Shown one piece after another: positions 13,116 through 22,848 of a DNA stretch of 64,000 nucleotides. Below the pieces are notes generated by a model that saw only the letters and a program-made list of their open reading frames with translations, did not search any database and was not told the DNA's origin. Position 1 is the first letter of the stretch, and every line of letters starts with the position of its first letter. The translations under genes were made by a program, and so were the position numbers. The DNA comes from a bacterium (GTDB taxonomy: Bacteria; Bdellovibrionota; UBA1018), in contig JAIEMT010000028.1 in NCBI GenBank assembly GCA_019751945.1, positions 13,705 to 77,704 of the forward strand. The letters run 5' to 3'.

Positions 13116-14551
13116 GTGAGCTCTCCTTGCAGCGAAAGGCTGGTAGCTCCCGCAATTTTCACGTTGAGAAACTTTCCGAGCAATTCGCGCTGACCGCCAC
13201 TCATGAAGTTCACCACACGATTGCAGGTCGTTCTGCCTGTCCAGACTCTGAGGTCTGTTTTTAATCCAACGGCAAGATTCTGGTTCTTCGCTTCGCCTTC
13301 GACCAAAATTTCCATTTCCTTACCGACGCGCGAAGCATAGCGCGCTTCAGCAATCTTGAGCTGATACTGCAAGAGTTCGTTGAGGCGGCGATTCTTGACG
13401 TCGTTCGAAACATCATCGACCATCTTTGCAGCGCGAGTTCCGGGACGGGGCGAATAAGCAAACGCATAAATATTGTCGAACTGAACACGATCTAAAAGGC
13501 GCAACGTCTGCTGAAAATCTTCTTCGGTTTCGGTTGGGAAGCCCACGATCAAATCGGTAGAGAGACCCACTTCCGGGTTCAGTTCCCTCAAGCGATCCAT
13601 CTGAGCGATATAAGATTCAATCTTATGGTGTCGACCCATTTTCTGAAGAACGGCGTTCGACCCTGACTGCACGGGAAGGTGTAAATGTCCTGCCAGCTTA
13701 GCAACCCCACCTTGGGACGCAGGAGCATAGCATTCAATCAGTTCATCGCTAAAATCCAGCGGATGACTGGAAGTAAAACGAATGCGCTTCAACTCGGCCA
13801 GGCGTGGATCGGAATCCAAAGCGCGTAGGAGTTGCGGAAAATTTTCTTCGCCAGCACGCGGTCCGACTTTTCCAATCACGTTGTGAAGCTCTTGGGGTTC
13901 TCGAAGTTTTGAATTGGGATTGCCCTTGCCGAAAGAGTTCACATTCTGTCCCAGCAAAGTAATTTCGCGGACACCACGGGCCACGAGTCGCGCCACATCT
14001 TCAACCACTTCATCGATGGTTCGCGATTTCTCTTTTCCGCGAGTGTAAGGAACAATGCAATAGGTGCAGTACTTGTCGCATCCCTTCATGATGTTGACGT
14101 AGGCTTGGGCCTTGTAACCAAAAATTTTTGTGTCCGTGGAGTAATCGTTCGCGCGATCAAAGTCGGCGTACATCACGTGGCGCTCGCCATGTTCCACTCG
14201 ATGAACGATTTCGGGCAGGTGATCGATGGCATCGGTTCCAACCACGAAGTCTAAGTAGGGAGCGCGCTTGAAGAGTTTTTCTTTTTCAAGCTGGGCCACA
14301 CAACCCGCCATTCCAATCAGGGGCTTCTGACCATCGGGGCGTTTTTTCAACGGACGAAGAGTGCCGAGCGTGGAAAGAGCCTTGTGGACCGCCTTTTCTC
14401 GAACCGTACAACCATTGAGTATAATGACGTGGGCGTCTTCCACCTGATCGGTGGCTTCAAGACCCTTTTCAGCCAGGAGCGCAGAAATCCGCTCGGAGTC
14501 TGCAACGTTCATCTGACAGCCAAAGGTTTGGACGAAAAACTTCTGATTCAC
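13112..14551 (-). CDS. miaB: tRNA-i6A37 methylthiotransferase
   Basis: 479 aa. N-terminal UPF0004 domain FVQTFGCQMNVADSE, radical-SAM CDKYCTYC (CxxxCxxC) and a C-terminal TRAM-like region. Confidence 0.9.
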
Positions 14552-14583
14552 GGGTGCAGTATGTCATACCTGAAAAGTAGGAT

Positions 14584-15855
14584 TTAGGCCACACCGTTCA
14601 TACGGCCTTGGGCAATCTTAATGAGCTGGTCGGGCTCGGAGCTATCGACGGGGCAGACAGCTACTCCGAATTTAAACTTCTTCTGCATCGAGGTTCCAAG
14701 TCGTTGTAATAGCTCAGGAACATCCTGCGGCTTACAATCGTCTAATACCACTGCCACCTGCCCTTGCTCAGGCAACGCATACACGGCATCGGAGGAGCGA
14801 AACAGGAACTTCCGGATTTCCGACCGAAACACCTCAGCCGTGCTGCTATCCGGAACCTTCAAAAGCCCCACTGCAATCGACCCGAGCCCTCCGTTTTCAG
14901 GAGCCATCTGACTGGATCGGGCCAGGATAACGGCCTTTAATGCTTCGTAGTTCGTGAACTTGGGGAGGATCAAACTCAACGTCACATCCCGCCCAAGCGT
15001 CTTGCACTTGAAGCCGCCCTGATGGAGCTTCATAAATTCGTGAATCAGCAGGAACTCACTTCCCAGCCCTTCTTCGGTGCGAGTGAGAAACGCCTGCTCG
15101 GATTGAATGGTTCCAGCAAACGCGGAACTGGGTGAAGAAACCCCACCTTGGAAACCGGCGAGCGACTGACTCCACGATTGCTCCCAGGCTTTTTCAGCGC
15201 CGGTCTGAAGGTAGAATTGAAAACTGACTTCGCTTGGAAAAATTCGAACCTTCACTGCCGTGCCTTCTTCCGTGCGCGGGAGAAGCGCTGAGAAACAAAG
15301 ATCGACGGCGCGCCCCAGGCGATTGGGATCGGCCAACACGGGAGCTAAATCTTTTTCAGCACTCTCTTCTCGTACTTCGATGGTGAGCTTTCTCGTTTTC
15401 AATAACGAACGATTGGCATCGACCCGATTGTGAACAAGCCGAGAAAAATCCAGCTCGCGAAGGCGCGCGTGAAAGAGTCCGCTCTCAAGCGCTGCTAAAT
15501 CTAAGAGCGACGAAAGCGCGCGATTGAGTTTGTCGGCATTGTCTTTAGCCATGTCCACGAGTTCGTCCCGAGGGATGGGGCTGGATCCCGCGGATTGGAA
15601 ATCTTCTTTCAAAAGCGTGAGCGCATTCAGAACACCCATGAGCGGAGTTTTTAATTCATGAGAAATCAGCGAGAGCAGATTGGATTGAAACGCGCGAAAA
15701 AGTTCCGCATCCTTTGCGCTCAGTGAATGCGAAGGCTCATGACCGATCGCCATGTCGCTCAAGTCAATAGAACTGGAAGCGGGTCGAGACTTAGGCGAAC
15801 TCTTTGAGTTCCGTCGGGTCTTGGATCTCGAGTTTGATGAGCCAACCTTCTTCAA
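14584..15855 (-). CDS. Histidine-kinase-like protein with degenerate ATPase motifs and a degenerate GGDEF-like C-terminus
   Basis: The HisKA H-box ISHELKTPLMGVLNAL is present. The N-box Asn and G1 DxGxG are not recognisable. The C-terminal RSSDAVYALPEQGQVAVVL aligns to RxxDxxxRxGGDEF. The start is ambiguous: 15855 overlaps the gcvH-like gene by 65 nt, and the alternative ATG is at 15753. Confidence 0.6.
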   Translation of the reverse strand: MKKVGSSNSRSKTRRNSKSSPKSRPASSSIDLSDMAIGHEPSHSLSAKDAELFRAFQSNLLSLISHELKTPLMGVLNALTLLKEDFQSAGSSPIPRDELVDMAKDNADKLNRALSSLLDLAALESGLFHARLRELDFSRLVHNRVDANRSLLKTRKLTIEVREESAEKDLAPVLADPNRLGRAVDLCFSALLPRTEEGTAVKVRIFPSEVSFQFYLQTGAEKAWEQSWSQSLAGFQGGVSSPSSAFAGTIQSEQAFLTRTEEGLGSEFLLIHEFMKLHQGGFKCKTLGRDVTLSLILPKFTNYEALKAVILARSSQMAPENGGLGSIAVGLLKVPDSSTAEVFRSEIRKFLFRSSDAVYALPEQGQVAVVLDDCKPQDVPELLQRLGTSMQKKFKFGVAVCPVDSSEPDQLIKIAQGRMNGVA

Positions 15856-16156
15856 GCGGATCCTCCGAGACCATTTCAGGTTCGTCTGTGAGCACTGTAT
15901 TGAGTTCGTTGACGATGCCGGCGATGGGAGCCGTCACTTCAAAACTTCCGCGAACGCCATCGACTGTAATGAGGACTTCACCACGATCGAAGTCAGCGCC
16001 ATCGTCGGGAAAGCTCACACTTTCGACTTCGCCGATTTCTTCAATTGCCACCATGGTTAAACCCAACGTGACAATATGGCCCTTGCGTTCGAACCAAAGT
16101 TTTCCGTCCATCATTTCTCCGTTTTTCGGAGCAGAATCTTGAGCAGCAGGGACCAT
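15791..16156 (-). CDS. Glycine-cleavage H-protein-like (lipoyl-domain fold) protein lacking the lipoyl-lysine
   Basis: 121 aa. Aligns without gaps to GcvH over GEVESVSFPDDGADFDRGEVLITVDGVRGSFEVTAPIAGIVNELN...EGWLIKLE. The ESVK lysine position is Arg (CGC, plus-strand 15950-15952). AAGGAGAG Shine-Dalgarno upstream. Confidence 0.75.
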   Translation of the reverse strand: MVPAAQDSAPKNGEMMDGKLWFERKGHIVTLGLTMVAIEEIGEVESVSFPDDGADFDRGEVLITVDGVRGSFEVTAPIAGIVNELNTVLTDEPEMVSEDPLEEGWLIKLEIQDPTELKEFA

Positions 16157-16479
16157 TGCCGACTCTCCTTATGCGTTCATTTTGAATGATTTTGGTGGGC
16201 TGCGCAAGAGTGGTTCTGAACACCGCCGACATCCCCCTTATTTCCTCTGTTCCCCCAAAAAGAAGCCAGGCGATGTTCAGAACCGTGCTCGCGCATGTTC
16301 AATCTCTATGCCAAAAGCTACAGCCGCAGCCAGGGCGGTTCTTACTGTCTTGAGAAAATCGGACATTCGGAAAATCCGGTGTTTCTTACTCTAACACGGG
16401 AAGCTAGCGATCTGCTTCAACTCATCGCAACATAGTGGGGCCGTTTGAGTTTATTATTCAAATTTAATATACTAAACCG

Positions 16480-17265
16480 ATGTCGCTGGGACGTTTTTCA
16501 AGGCTTTCACCTCCACTCATTCTGAGCTTACTGACATTCATGACGCCCCAGCTCGGTAACGCAGACCTTTCCATTCCGACGCTCAGCTACCCCAGTCCCA
16601 AAATTTCTGACTCGAAACGCCTGCCACGGGACTCGATGGCTTGTCAGTGGGGCGATGAGAGCACGCTTCCTGGTGAAGGAAATGCGCTTCAACTCACTCG
16701 CGACGTAGAAGATGTCGTGACCCCGAGCACCTACGAATGTTTGAAGTACGAAGAGAAAACACAACGCACCATGGATGACGGCGGAAACTGCGTGGGCGTT
16801 GGCGGTTACCAAGCCTGCTGCGGAATCTTGGATGAGTTTTATTCCAAGTCCTACGTCCCGGTGGAAAACAAGCCGATGAAGCCCGCCGAACTTTACACTC
16901 CCTGTCCGCTCGTCACGGACGAACAAATGCGACGCCAGCAAGCGGCTCCGCTCGGCCAACGCAATGACTTTTCCAACACCGAAGCGAAAACCATTCACGC
17001 GTTGCTGTTAAAATGTTCTCAAAAGCGAGGGCCCAACTCCCCCTTCACTCAGACATTGAGCCGAGACATTGAACGGGCCTATTCGGTTCAGCAACTTTCT
17101 CAGGCCGATCCGCCTCTCGCGGAAGAAACCAATCCGATCCCCGTTCGAAGAGCAGGGTGCCCTGGAAATGGGACACCTGAATGTAACGCTCTCGACCAAA
17201 GAGCCCGAAAATCGCCCGCAATGCCACCTGACGAGAAGCGTCTAGCCTACTGCTGCTGGCGCTAA
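16480..17265 (+). CDS. Secreted cysteine-rich protein (hypothetical)
   Basis: 261 aa. Signal-like SPPLILSLLTFMTPQLGNA, many Cys including CC pairs (ACCGILDEF, and the protein ends AYCCWR). No family recognised. Confidence 0.5.
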   Translation: MSLGRFSRLSPPLILSLLTFMTPQLGNADLSIPTLSYPSPKISDSKRLPRDSMACQWGDESTLPGEGNALQLTRDVEDVVTPSTYECLKYEEKTQRTMDDGGNCVGVGGYQACCGILDEFYSKSYVPVENKPMKPAELYTPCPLVTDEQMRRQQAAPLGQRNDFSNTEAKTIHALLLKCSQKRGPNSPFTQTLSRDIERAYSVQQLSQADPPLAEETNPIPVRRAGCPGNGTPECNALDQRARKSPAMPPDEKRLAYCCWR

Positions 17266-17462
17266 AATCTGCTTAGTTTTTAGCGTCTTACGCCAGATTT
17301 GACCTACAAAGCCCTGATTTCCCTCAATAATTGAGTCATTGACTCCGATAAAGAGACAGGTGAAAATGAGTAATAGAGTCGGGTATAGGTGTCGCCTGAC
17401 CCACTCCGGGGTAAGTACTTTAAGATAGGCCATTTTCGCCAGAAATTAAGGGGGAGCTTTCT

Positions 17463-19889
17463 GTGACGAAGAAAGTTTTATTCATTTCTATTTTTCTATC
17501 CATGCCGCTACTGGGCTCCACAGGAGCTAACGCTCTCGGGGCCGAGCCACTTTGTAGCTCTCGCTTTGAGCCCAACAGACAATGTTCGGGTCAGCAGATT
17601 TGTAAACTCACCAAGCAAAAAGATAATCTCTGTTTTCAAGGATACTACTATCAATGTGCCGATAACTGTCCCGGTGGCTCCACCACCTCGATGGGAAAAG
17701 CAAAGGCTCCCGGATCGGCGCAAGCCGGTTGGGGCGGACTTGAAAAGAAACCTGCCGCTGGAGCACCTGCTGCTGCAACGACAGCCGGCATCGGAATGAG
17801 CCCCCAAAACTACGGCGGCGGAAATCCCTATCCTCCAGCTACCACTGCTCCCAGCACAGGCACCGGAAAATACACTGCTTCGAAACCTGCAACGGGCGTG
17901 ACGTGTAGAGGTGAGGGCGGTTGCTACAAATCCGACGCTCTCGGAAATCAAATTCCTGTTTACGCGGACGGAAGTCCCGTGAATCCGCATGGCGGCCGAA
18001 CGGATGTCGCTGCGGGTGGTACTTATTATGACCAACGCGGTTCCGCTCCTCCTGCGAACAACGTTCCTGCTGGAGCGGTCGTGGGTACGAATAGCGACGC
18101 TGCAGTTGGCGGTGGCGCTGGTGCGGGATCGGAAGCTTCGCCTTCTACTGTCGGCACTAGCTCAGGCGGTGGTGCACCTGCGATTCCCGGAGGTCTCAAT
18201 GTCTCCGGAAGCGGCAACACCATCAACATTATTACAGGACAAGTTTCGAATAGCTCCTTGGGTGGCGGACCCGCGACGGGAGGCAAGGAAGGCGGAAATA
18301 ATACCGGCGGCGGCAAAAACGATTTGGCTCGAGACAAAGATGGAAATCCTGATCCTAGCGGCCGCACCCAAAAAGAAATCGACATGGAAAATCGAATGAA
18401 ATCGGAGGCGAATCTCCGTGACGCAGAAAAAGCTACTCCTTATGATAGAAACGGTTCAGCCCTCCTATCTTCGGATTCGAGCGACGCTTGCGATACCTCC
18501 AACGGCCTCACTGCTGGAACAGCTTTCGATACAAAATCCTCTTGCGACACTACCAGCAAACGAGTCAAAACTGCCGCTACCACCCGACAAGCTATCGAAT
18601 TAGGCGGTGCGCTGACTACTGGCGTGATGGGAACTATAGCAACTGCCCGTGCACAGAGCAGCAACGGCATCAGTGATGGTCTCGATGCCACTGCAAAATT
18701 ACAAAAAACGACTTCAATGCTTCAAATTGTTTCAGGCGCAGTGAACGGCTTCTTTGGATTTCAACAAAATGAACGAGCAAGTGGTCACGAAGAAACTGCC
18801 AAGGCTATCAAAACGAATGTGAAGAATGAATCATTCATTATGGATAAAGGCGACAAGAACAACGACGGAACAAATGCAGGCGAAGACGGATTTATCCACG
18901 CCAACGAAAATAACGTCATGGCTAAAAATGCGCGGGCTAGAATGACCTTTGGATCATTAGTTGCCGTTCCCGACTCCCCAGAACACATGGCAGGCGGAGT
19001 CAATTCCACCAACGAGAATGCTCGTCAGGTTCTCCTCGCAAAACGAGAAAAAGGAAAAATAGCGAAGATGGGACAACTCAATGAGTTCACCACGAGTATG
19101 CGCAGCCGAGGTTCTCAGGAACAAAATCAAGCCGCTGAGCAAGCAGCCAACGGTGCGACCGATTCCTTCGTTGCTGCTGCCACACAAACCGTTCAAGGCA
19201 TCTTCAACTACATGGGAGCAAAACAACTCGAGCAAGCTTCCGAGAAATTGAAAAACATTCAACAGCCCGGCTCAAACCTGGCTCCGAGTTATGGTTCCGA
19301 TGCTGTTGGCGACGGTTCGGGCGCACGCTCCGCACAAGTCATTACCGGTTCAGGTAAAACTGCCGAACAATCGGCAGCAATCGATCCCGGTTCAGATACG
19401 AACACCACCGGCATGGGCGACTTAGGCCCACAACAAGCTTACGGCACACCTCCCAACACGACTCCGCAAGGCCCGACACCTGGCAACCCGGTTGCTAAGG
19501 GACCGACGGGTGCACCAGGTGGTGGCGGTGGCGGCGCGCCTGGTGGATCGGTTTCGACTCCGCCAGCACAGGCCAAGGACGACCGGCCTCCGGCGCAACT
19601 TCCGATGGGAAGCAACCCGAACAGTTACGCTGCAGGCGGAACTCCTGGCGGTGGCCAAGCCAACAAAAACGGCGCAGGTCCTGACCTAAGCGGCTTGCTC
19701 GGCAAGCTCTTAAACTTCGGCGGTGAAGAGAAGAAGCCGACGGATAGCATCTTGAGCTACGGCACTGCTTCACGCAATCCCGCTTCCGAAGGCGGTGCCT
19801 TTTTTGGAGCCAATGTAAATCTCTTCCGGCGCGTTCACGACACCCTTCAAAAGAAACAAGGAGAAGGTCGGGTCGGCGTCGGAATCTAA
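17463..19889 (+). CDS. Large secreted Gly/Ala/Pro/Ser/Thr-rich protein (cluster protein A)
   Basis: 808 aa. GTG start preceded by a GGGGGAG Shine-Dalgarno. Signal peptide MTKKVLFISIFLSMPLLGSTGANA and a Cys-rich N-terminal patch. Long low-complexity tracts, a poly-Gly run, and a C-terminal motif shared with the next three genes. Confidence 0.7.
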   Translation: MTKKVLFISIFLSMPLLGSTGANALGAEPLCSSRFEPNRQCSGQQICKLTKQKDNLCFQGYYYQCADNCPGGSTTSMGKAKAPGSAQAGWGGLEKKPAAGAPAAATTAGIGMSPQNYGGGNPYPPATTAPSTGTGKYTASKPATGVTCRGEGGCYKSDALGNQIPVYADGSPVNPHGGRTDVAAGGTYYDQRGSAPPANNVPAGAVVGTNSDAAVGGGAGAGSEASPSTVGTSSGGGAPAIPGGLNVSGSGNTINIITGQVSNSSLGGGPATGGKEGGNNTGGGKNDLARDKDGNPDPSGRTQKEIDMENRMKSEANLRDAEKATPYDRNGSALLSSDSSDACDTSNGLTAGTAFDTKSSCDTTSKRVKTAATTRQAIELGGALTTGVMGTIATARAQSSNGISDGLDATAKLQKTTSMLQIVSGAVNGFFGFQQNERASGHEETAKAIKTNVKNESFIMDKGDKNNDGTNAGEDGFIHANENNVMAKNARARMTFGSLVAVPDSPEHMAGGVNSTNENARQVLLAKREKGKIAKMGQLNEFTTSMRSRGSQEQNQAAEQAANGATDSFVAAATQTVQGIFNYMGAKQLEQASEKLKNIQQPGSNLAPSYGSDAVGDGSGARSAQVITGSGKTAEQSAAIDPGSDTNTTGMGDLGPQQAYGTPPNTTPQGPTPGNPVAKGPTGAPGGGGGGAPGGSVSTPPAQAKDDRPPAQLPMGSNPNSYAAGGTPGGGQANKNGAGPDLSGLLGKLLNFGGEEKKPTDSILSYGTASRNPASEGGAFFGANVNLFRRVHDTLQKKQGEGRVGVGI

Positions 19890-19915
19890 ATCCAAGTCTT
19901 AGGGGGACTTCGATA

Positions 19916-21199
19916 GTGACGGGGGAAAAGCAGCGTACTTTGAAGCAGTCCAGCGGGATGGGTCTATTGGCCATTCTACTGGGACAGCTCGGAGTTTTTT
20001 CCACACCTGTGATTTATGCAGCCGACATCGGCTCCGTTTGCGATGGCCCCTCACAAGCGAATATGGATCAACAGCAGCGCCAGCAATATTGCGACGCTGC
20101 CAAGTCTTCGAAATCTTCTGCCAATGCCAACGGCATCATGTGGAAAGTGTGGGCTGGCGTGGCCACTGTTTGCACCGCTGCCTGCGCAGCCACTTTAATG
20201 GGCCAACCGTGGAACCAATGGGTTTGCACCGGTTCGAGCTTAGCAGGCACGGGCGTCGACGCCGTGGTGACTAAGAATCTTCAGACCGCAATGATGGGCA
20301 TTCTCGGCGCAGGTGGAAGCTACATGATCAACAAGACCATGAATAAAGGGGAAACCCCAAAAGTCGGCGCCGATGGAAAAACAAAGCGCCCGGACGATTA
20401 CGGCTCCTGCTTCACCGCTGCGACTTCTGCCCTTCAAACCATGCAAAAAAAGCAGGCTCAATCTTCTGATGAAGGTTCTGTGAGCAGCAATTTAGAAATG
20501 GCTCAGCAATTGGGAAATAGCCCCGCTGCTGCCTATCGCACCGGTGGCCCTGAGGTCGCCGACACTGCGAAATCAGGCGGTCTGGGAATGAGTGTGAAAT
20601 CTGCAGGCATGTCTCCTGCTCAAGCCACGCTCGGCAATATTGCATCCGCCTGCGGTTCGGGTGCTGCCAATGGGAACAGCAAAGCCCAAGTCGCCTGCGC
20701 GCTAGCCATGGACGGAGGGCTTCCAAGCTTTGTCAGCAGTCCGAAATTCGCGAGCGATTTTCAAAAAGCTTCCGGACAAAGTTTAAGTGACTTCTTGAAC
20801 AGCCCGAACGACAACGCAAAAGCCGCATTAGCTGGAGCCATGGGCGGATCGCTGTCCAATTCTCAAAACGTGCAGCTTGCTTCGGCGCTCAACAAAGCAG
20901 AAAAAGAAATCGCACTCGCTCACCCGGTTGCAGGCACGACTTACGCAGGCGGCGGTGGAGGCGGCTACGGCGGTGGCAAGCACTCAGATCCCACGGCTGG
21001 CTTTGGGAATCTGATGCAGGGCCTGATGGGAAAAATGAACGGCACGGAAGAAGCCCGGCCCGGAACGAATCAACAAAATTTCAGACAAGTCGCTTCTCTT
21101 TCTCCCGATGCGATTGTGGAAGATCGCCGCATCAGTCTTTTCCAACGAATCACGCAGCGCTATTCTCAGCATCAACATGAATTGGGAGGTGTTCCATGA
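19916..21199 (+). CDS. Secreted/membrane-interacting Gly/Ala-rich protein (cluster protein B)
   Basis: 427 aa. GTG start with an AGGGGGA Shine-Dalgarno 8 nt upstream. Signal-like MGLLAILLGQLGVFSTPVIYA. Shares the Cys-framed hydrophobic segment with C and D, plus the poly-Gly and C-terminal motif. Confidence 0.7.
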   Translation: MTGEKQRTLKQSSGMGLLAILLGQLGVFSTPVIYAADIGSVCDGPSQANMDQQQRQQYCDAAKSSKSSANANGIMWKVWAGVATVCTAACAATLMGQPWNQWVCTGSSLAGTGVDAVVTKNLQTAMMGILGAGGSYMINKTMNKGETPKVGADGKTKRPDDYGSCFTAATSALQTMQKKQAQSSDEGSVSSNLEMAQQLGNSPAAAYRTGGPEVADTAKSGGLGMSVKSAGMSPAQATLGNIASACGSGAANGNSKAQVACALAMDGGLPSFVSSPKFASDFQKASGQSLSDFLNSPNDNAKAALAGAMGGSLSNSQNVQLASALNKAEKEIALAHPVAGTTYAGGGGGGYGGGKHSDPTAGFGNLMQGLMGKMNGTEEARPGTNQQNFRQVASLSPDAIVEDRRISLFQRITQRYSQHQHELGGVP

Positions 21200-22848
21200 A
21201 ATCACTCCTCCTGATTTTATTTGCTTCGCTGGCTCAAGCGGCGGATACGCCGATCAAGCTCGATCCACTAAAAACAGATTGCGACAGCGTTTGCGGCGAT
21301 TTACTCAGTCTCAATAAGAAGCAAGCCGGCGGTGACGAAAAGAAAATGATGAATCAGGTTTGGACTGCCTCGGACGACGCTTGGTGCGGAGCTCACGGCG
21401 TTTCCACTTCCTCGAAGACTCTTGAAAAACCAGAATCTGAAGTGGTTTCTGTTCCAGGGTGTCCTTACACGGTCACCAAAGCGGACTTAGATGAGGCCAA
21501 AGGCGATCCCAACGCCGCCTGTAACTCGGTTCATCGCTACGTCCGACGCTGCCAGCTTCACAACAGCCAGGTCGAGCCGCAGTGCCTGGCTTACTCCGCA
21601 TCCAATCAGGGAAAAGACCTTCAGATGATCATGCTGGCTCTCGACATCACCGGCACCGGAATCTGCACGGGTTCATGCATGGCCTGGTGGGAAGGTCCGG
21701 TGGCGGAAGGCGTTTGCAAATACACGAGCATGGCCGCCGCAGTGACAGAACTCCTCGGAGTGATTTCGATGAACCAAAGTCCCGTCGGAAAAGCGATTTC
21801 TGGATTGGCTTCTAGTGCAACTCTCGTCAACGCTGTGAATCCCGAGATCGTCGAATCCGGAGCGAAGAGCGTTGGCGCCATGCTCTCAAAAACGAAGCCG
21901 GTTGATAAAATTCAAGATCAACTCGGTGGCGGCGGAAAACGAGGCTCTGCTTGCTTCACCGCTGCGATGCTCGGTGTAATGACGGGAGTGCGTGCTTACA
22001 ACTTATTGAAAGTCGACAAGACTCGCGATCAAGCTTGCAGCGAAGTGCAACGTCTTCAGAGCCAAGCAGCTCTTAGTGACAACGCCAACACCGGACCCAT
22101 CAGCGGATTATCTCTAGCCCCAAAAGGCGGAATGGCTGCCGGCACCTCTGGAACCGCGGGAGTCAGTGCTGCGAAAGGAAGTTCAGGGACCATCGCTTCG
22201 GGCTCTGGCTACAAATCCACCCTGACAATTCAATCACTGCCCTCACAAGCAGCGGGAACATTGGAAGGCGGATTCTTTTCGCAACCAGGCGCAGCTACAC
22301 TCATGACGGGCCCGGCGAATCAGGTTCTCAACGCGCTGGCAGCAAATGCTCTTCAAACGGAAGGACTTGCTTCACTCATTAAAAAGGCTACCGATCCTCG
22401 CGCCGCTGAAATGGCCACACGAATGGGCAATATCGCGCAGCTCGCGCAGCAAGAAGCGCCGAGTTTAATGGCGGGCCCTCTGGCTCGAAAAGGTCTCATG
22501 ACAAACACCGCCGATACTTACAGCGCCCCTGCGGGTGGCGGACCGGGAGGCGGTACACTCACTTTAGGATTTGCCCCAAATTCAGGTCTCTATGGCTCTC
22601 CATTGGGCTTAGGAGGCGGCACGGTTCAAGAAACTCAGTTTAATAAAGGCCTGAGCGCCAAAAATTCTTCGGTCGCTGGCGACGACATTTATCACGCTGG
22701 ATGGCCGGGTAGCATCTTTGATATCATTACGGTGCGGCTGAAAGAGAGCCGCGATCGCGTCGACAAACTCGAGTGGGCATCGCCCCTCAATCGCGCGCTG
22801 ATGGGGTTACCGAACAAACCGATCTCGGGGGGAAGTGCAAAAAAATGA
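21196..22848 (+). CDS. Secreted Cys-framed Gly/Ala-rich protein (cluster protein C, paralog of D)
   Basis: 550 aa. ATGA overlap with B. Signal MKSLLLILFASLAQA. The conserved blocks CDSVCGDL, DDAWCGAH, PGCPYTVT and QCLAYSAS align with D. Confidence 0.75.
   Translation: MKSLLLILFASLAQAADTPIKLDPLKTDCDSVCGDLLSLNKKQAGGDEKKMMNQVWTASDDAWCGAHGVSTSSKTLEKPESEVVSVPGCPYTVTKADLDEAKGDPNAACNSVHRYVRRCQLHNSQVEPQCLAYSASNQGKDLQMIMLALDITGTGICTGSCMAWWEGPVAEGVCKYTSMAAAVTELLGVISMNQSPVGKAISGLASSATLVNAVNPEIVESGAKSVGAMLSKTKPVDKIQDQLGGGGKRGSACFTAAMLGVMTGVRAYNLLKVDKTRDQACSEVQRLQSQAALSDNANTGPISGLSLAPKGGMAAGTSGTAGVSAAKGSSGTIASGSGYKSTLTIQSLPSQAAGTLEGGFFSQPGAATLMTGPANQVLNALAANALQTEGLASLIKKATDPRAAEMATRMGNIAQLAQQEAPSLMAGPLARKGLMTNTADTYSAPAGGGPGGGTLTLGFAPNSGLYGSPLGLGGGTVQETQFNKGLSAKNSSVAGDDIYHAGWPGSIFDIITVRLKESRDRVDKLEWASPLNRALMGLPNKPISGGSAKK

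Noticed and set aside
16157-16300. Glycine riboswitch upstream of the GcvH-like gene
   Set aside because: Reading the minus-strand leader, I find no GGAGAG...CACCG...GGGG-type conserved cores in the right arrangement, only a strong Shine-Dalgarno and the inverted repeat reported separately.
17345-17351. CCGATAA heptamer resembling a sigma-28 (FliA) -10 element upstream of cluster gene A
   Set aside because: There is no convincing TAAA -35 element at the required spacing, and a single heptamer is weak evidence.
17242-17433. 63-aa minus-strand ORF in the gap upstream of the cluster
   Set aside because: It has no Shine-Dalgarno, overlaps the 3' end and hairpin of the upstream gene, and has no recognisable features beyond one hydrophobic stretch.
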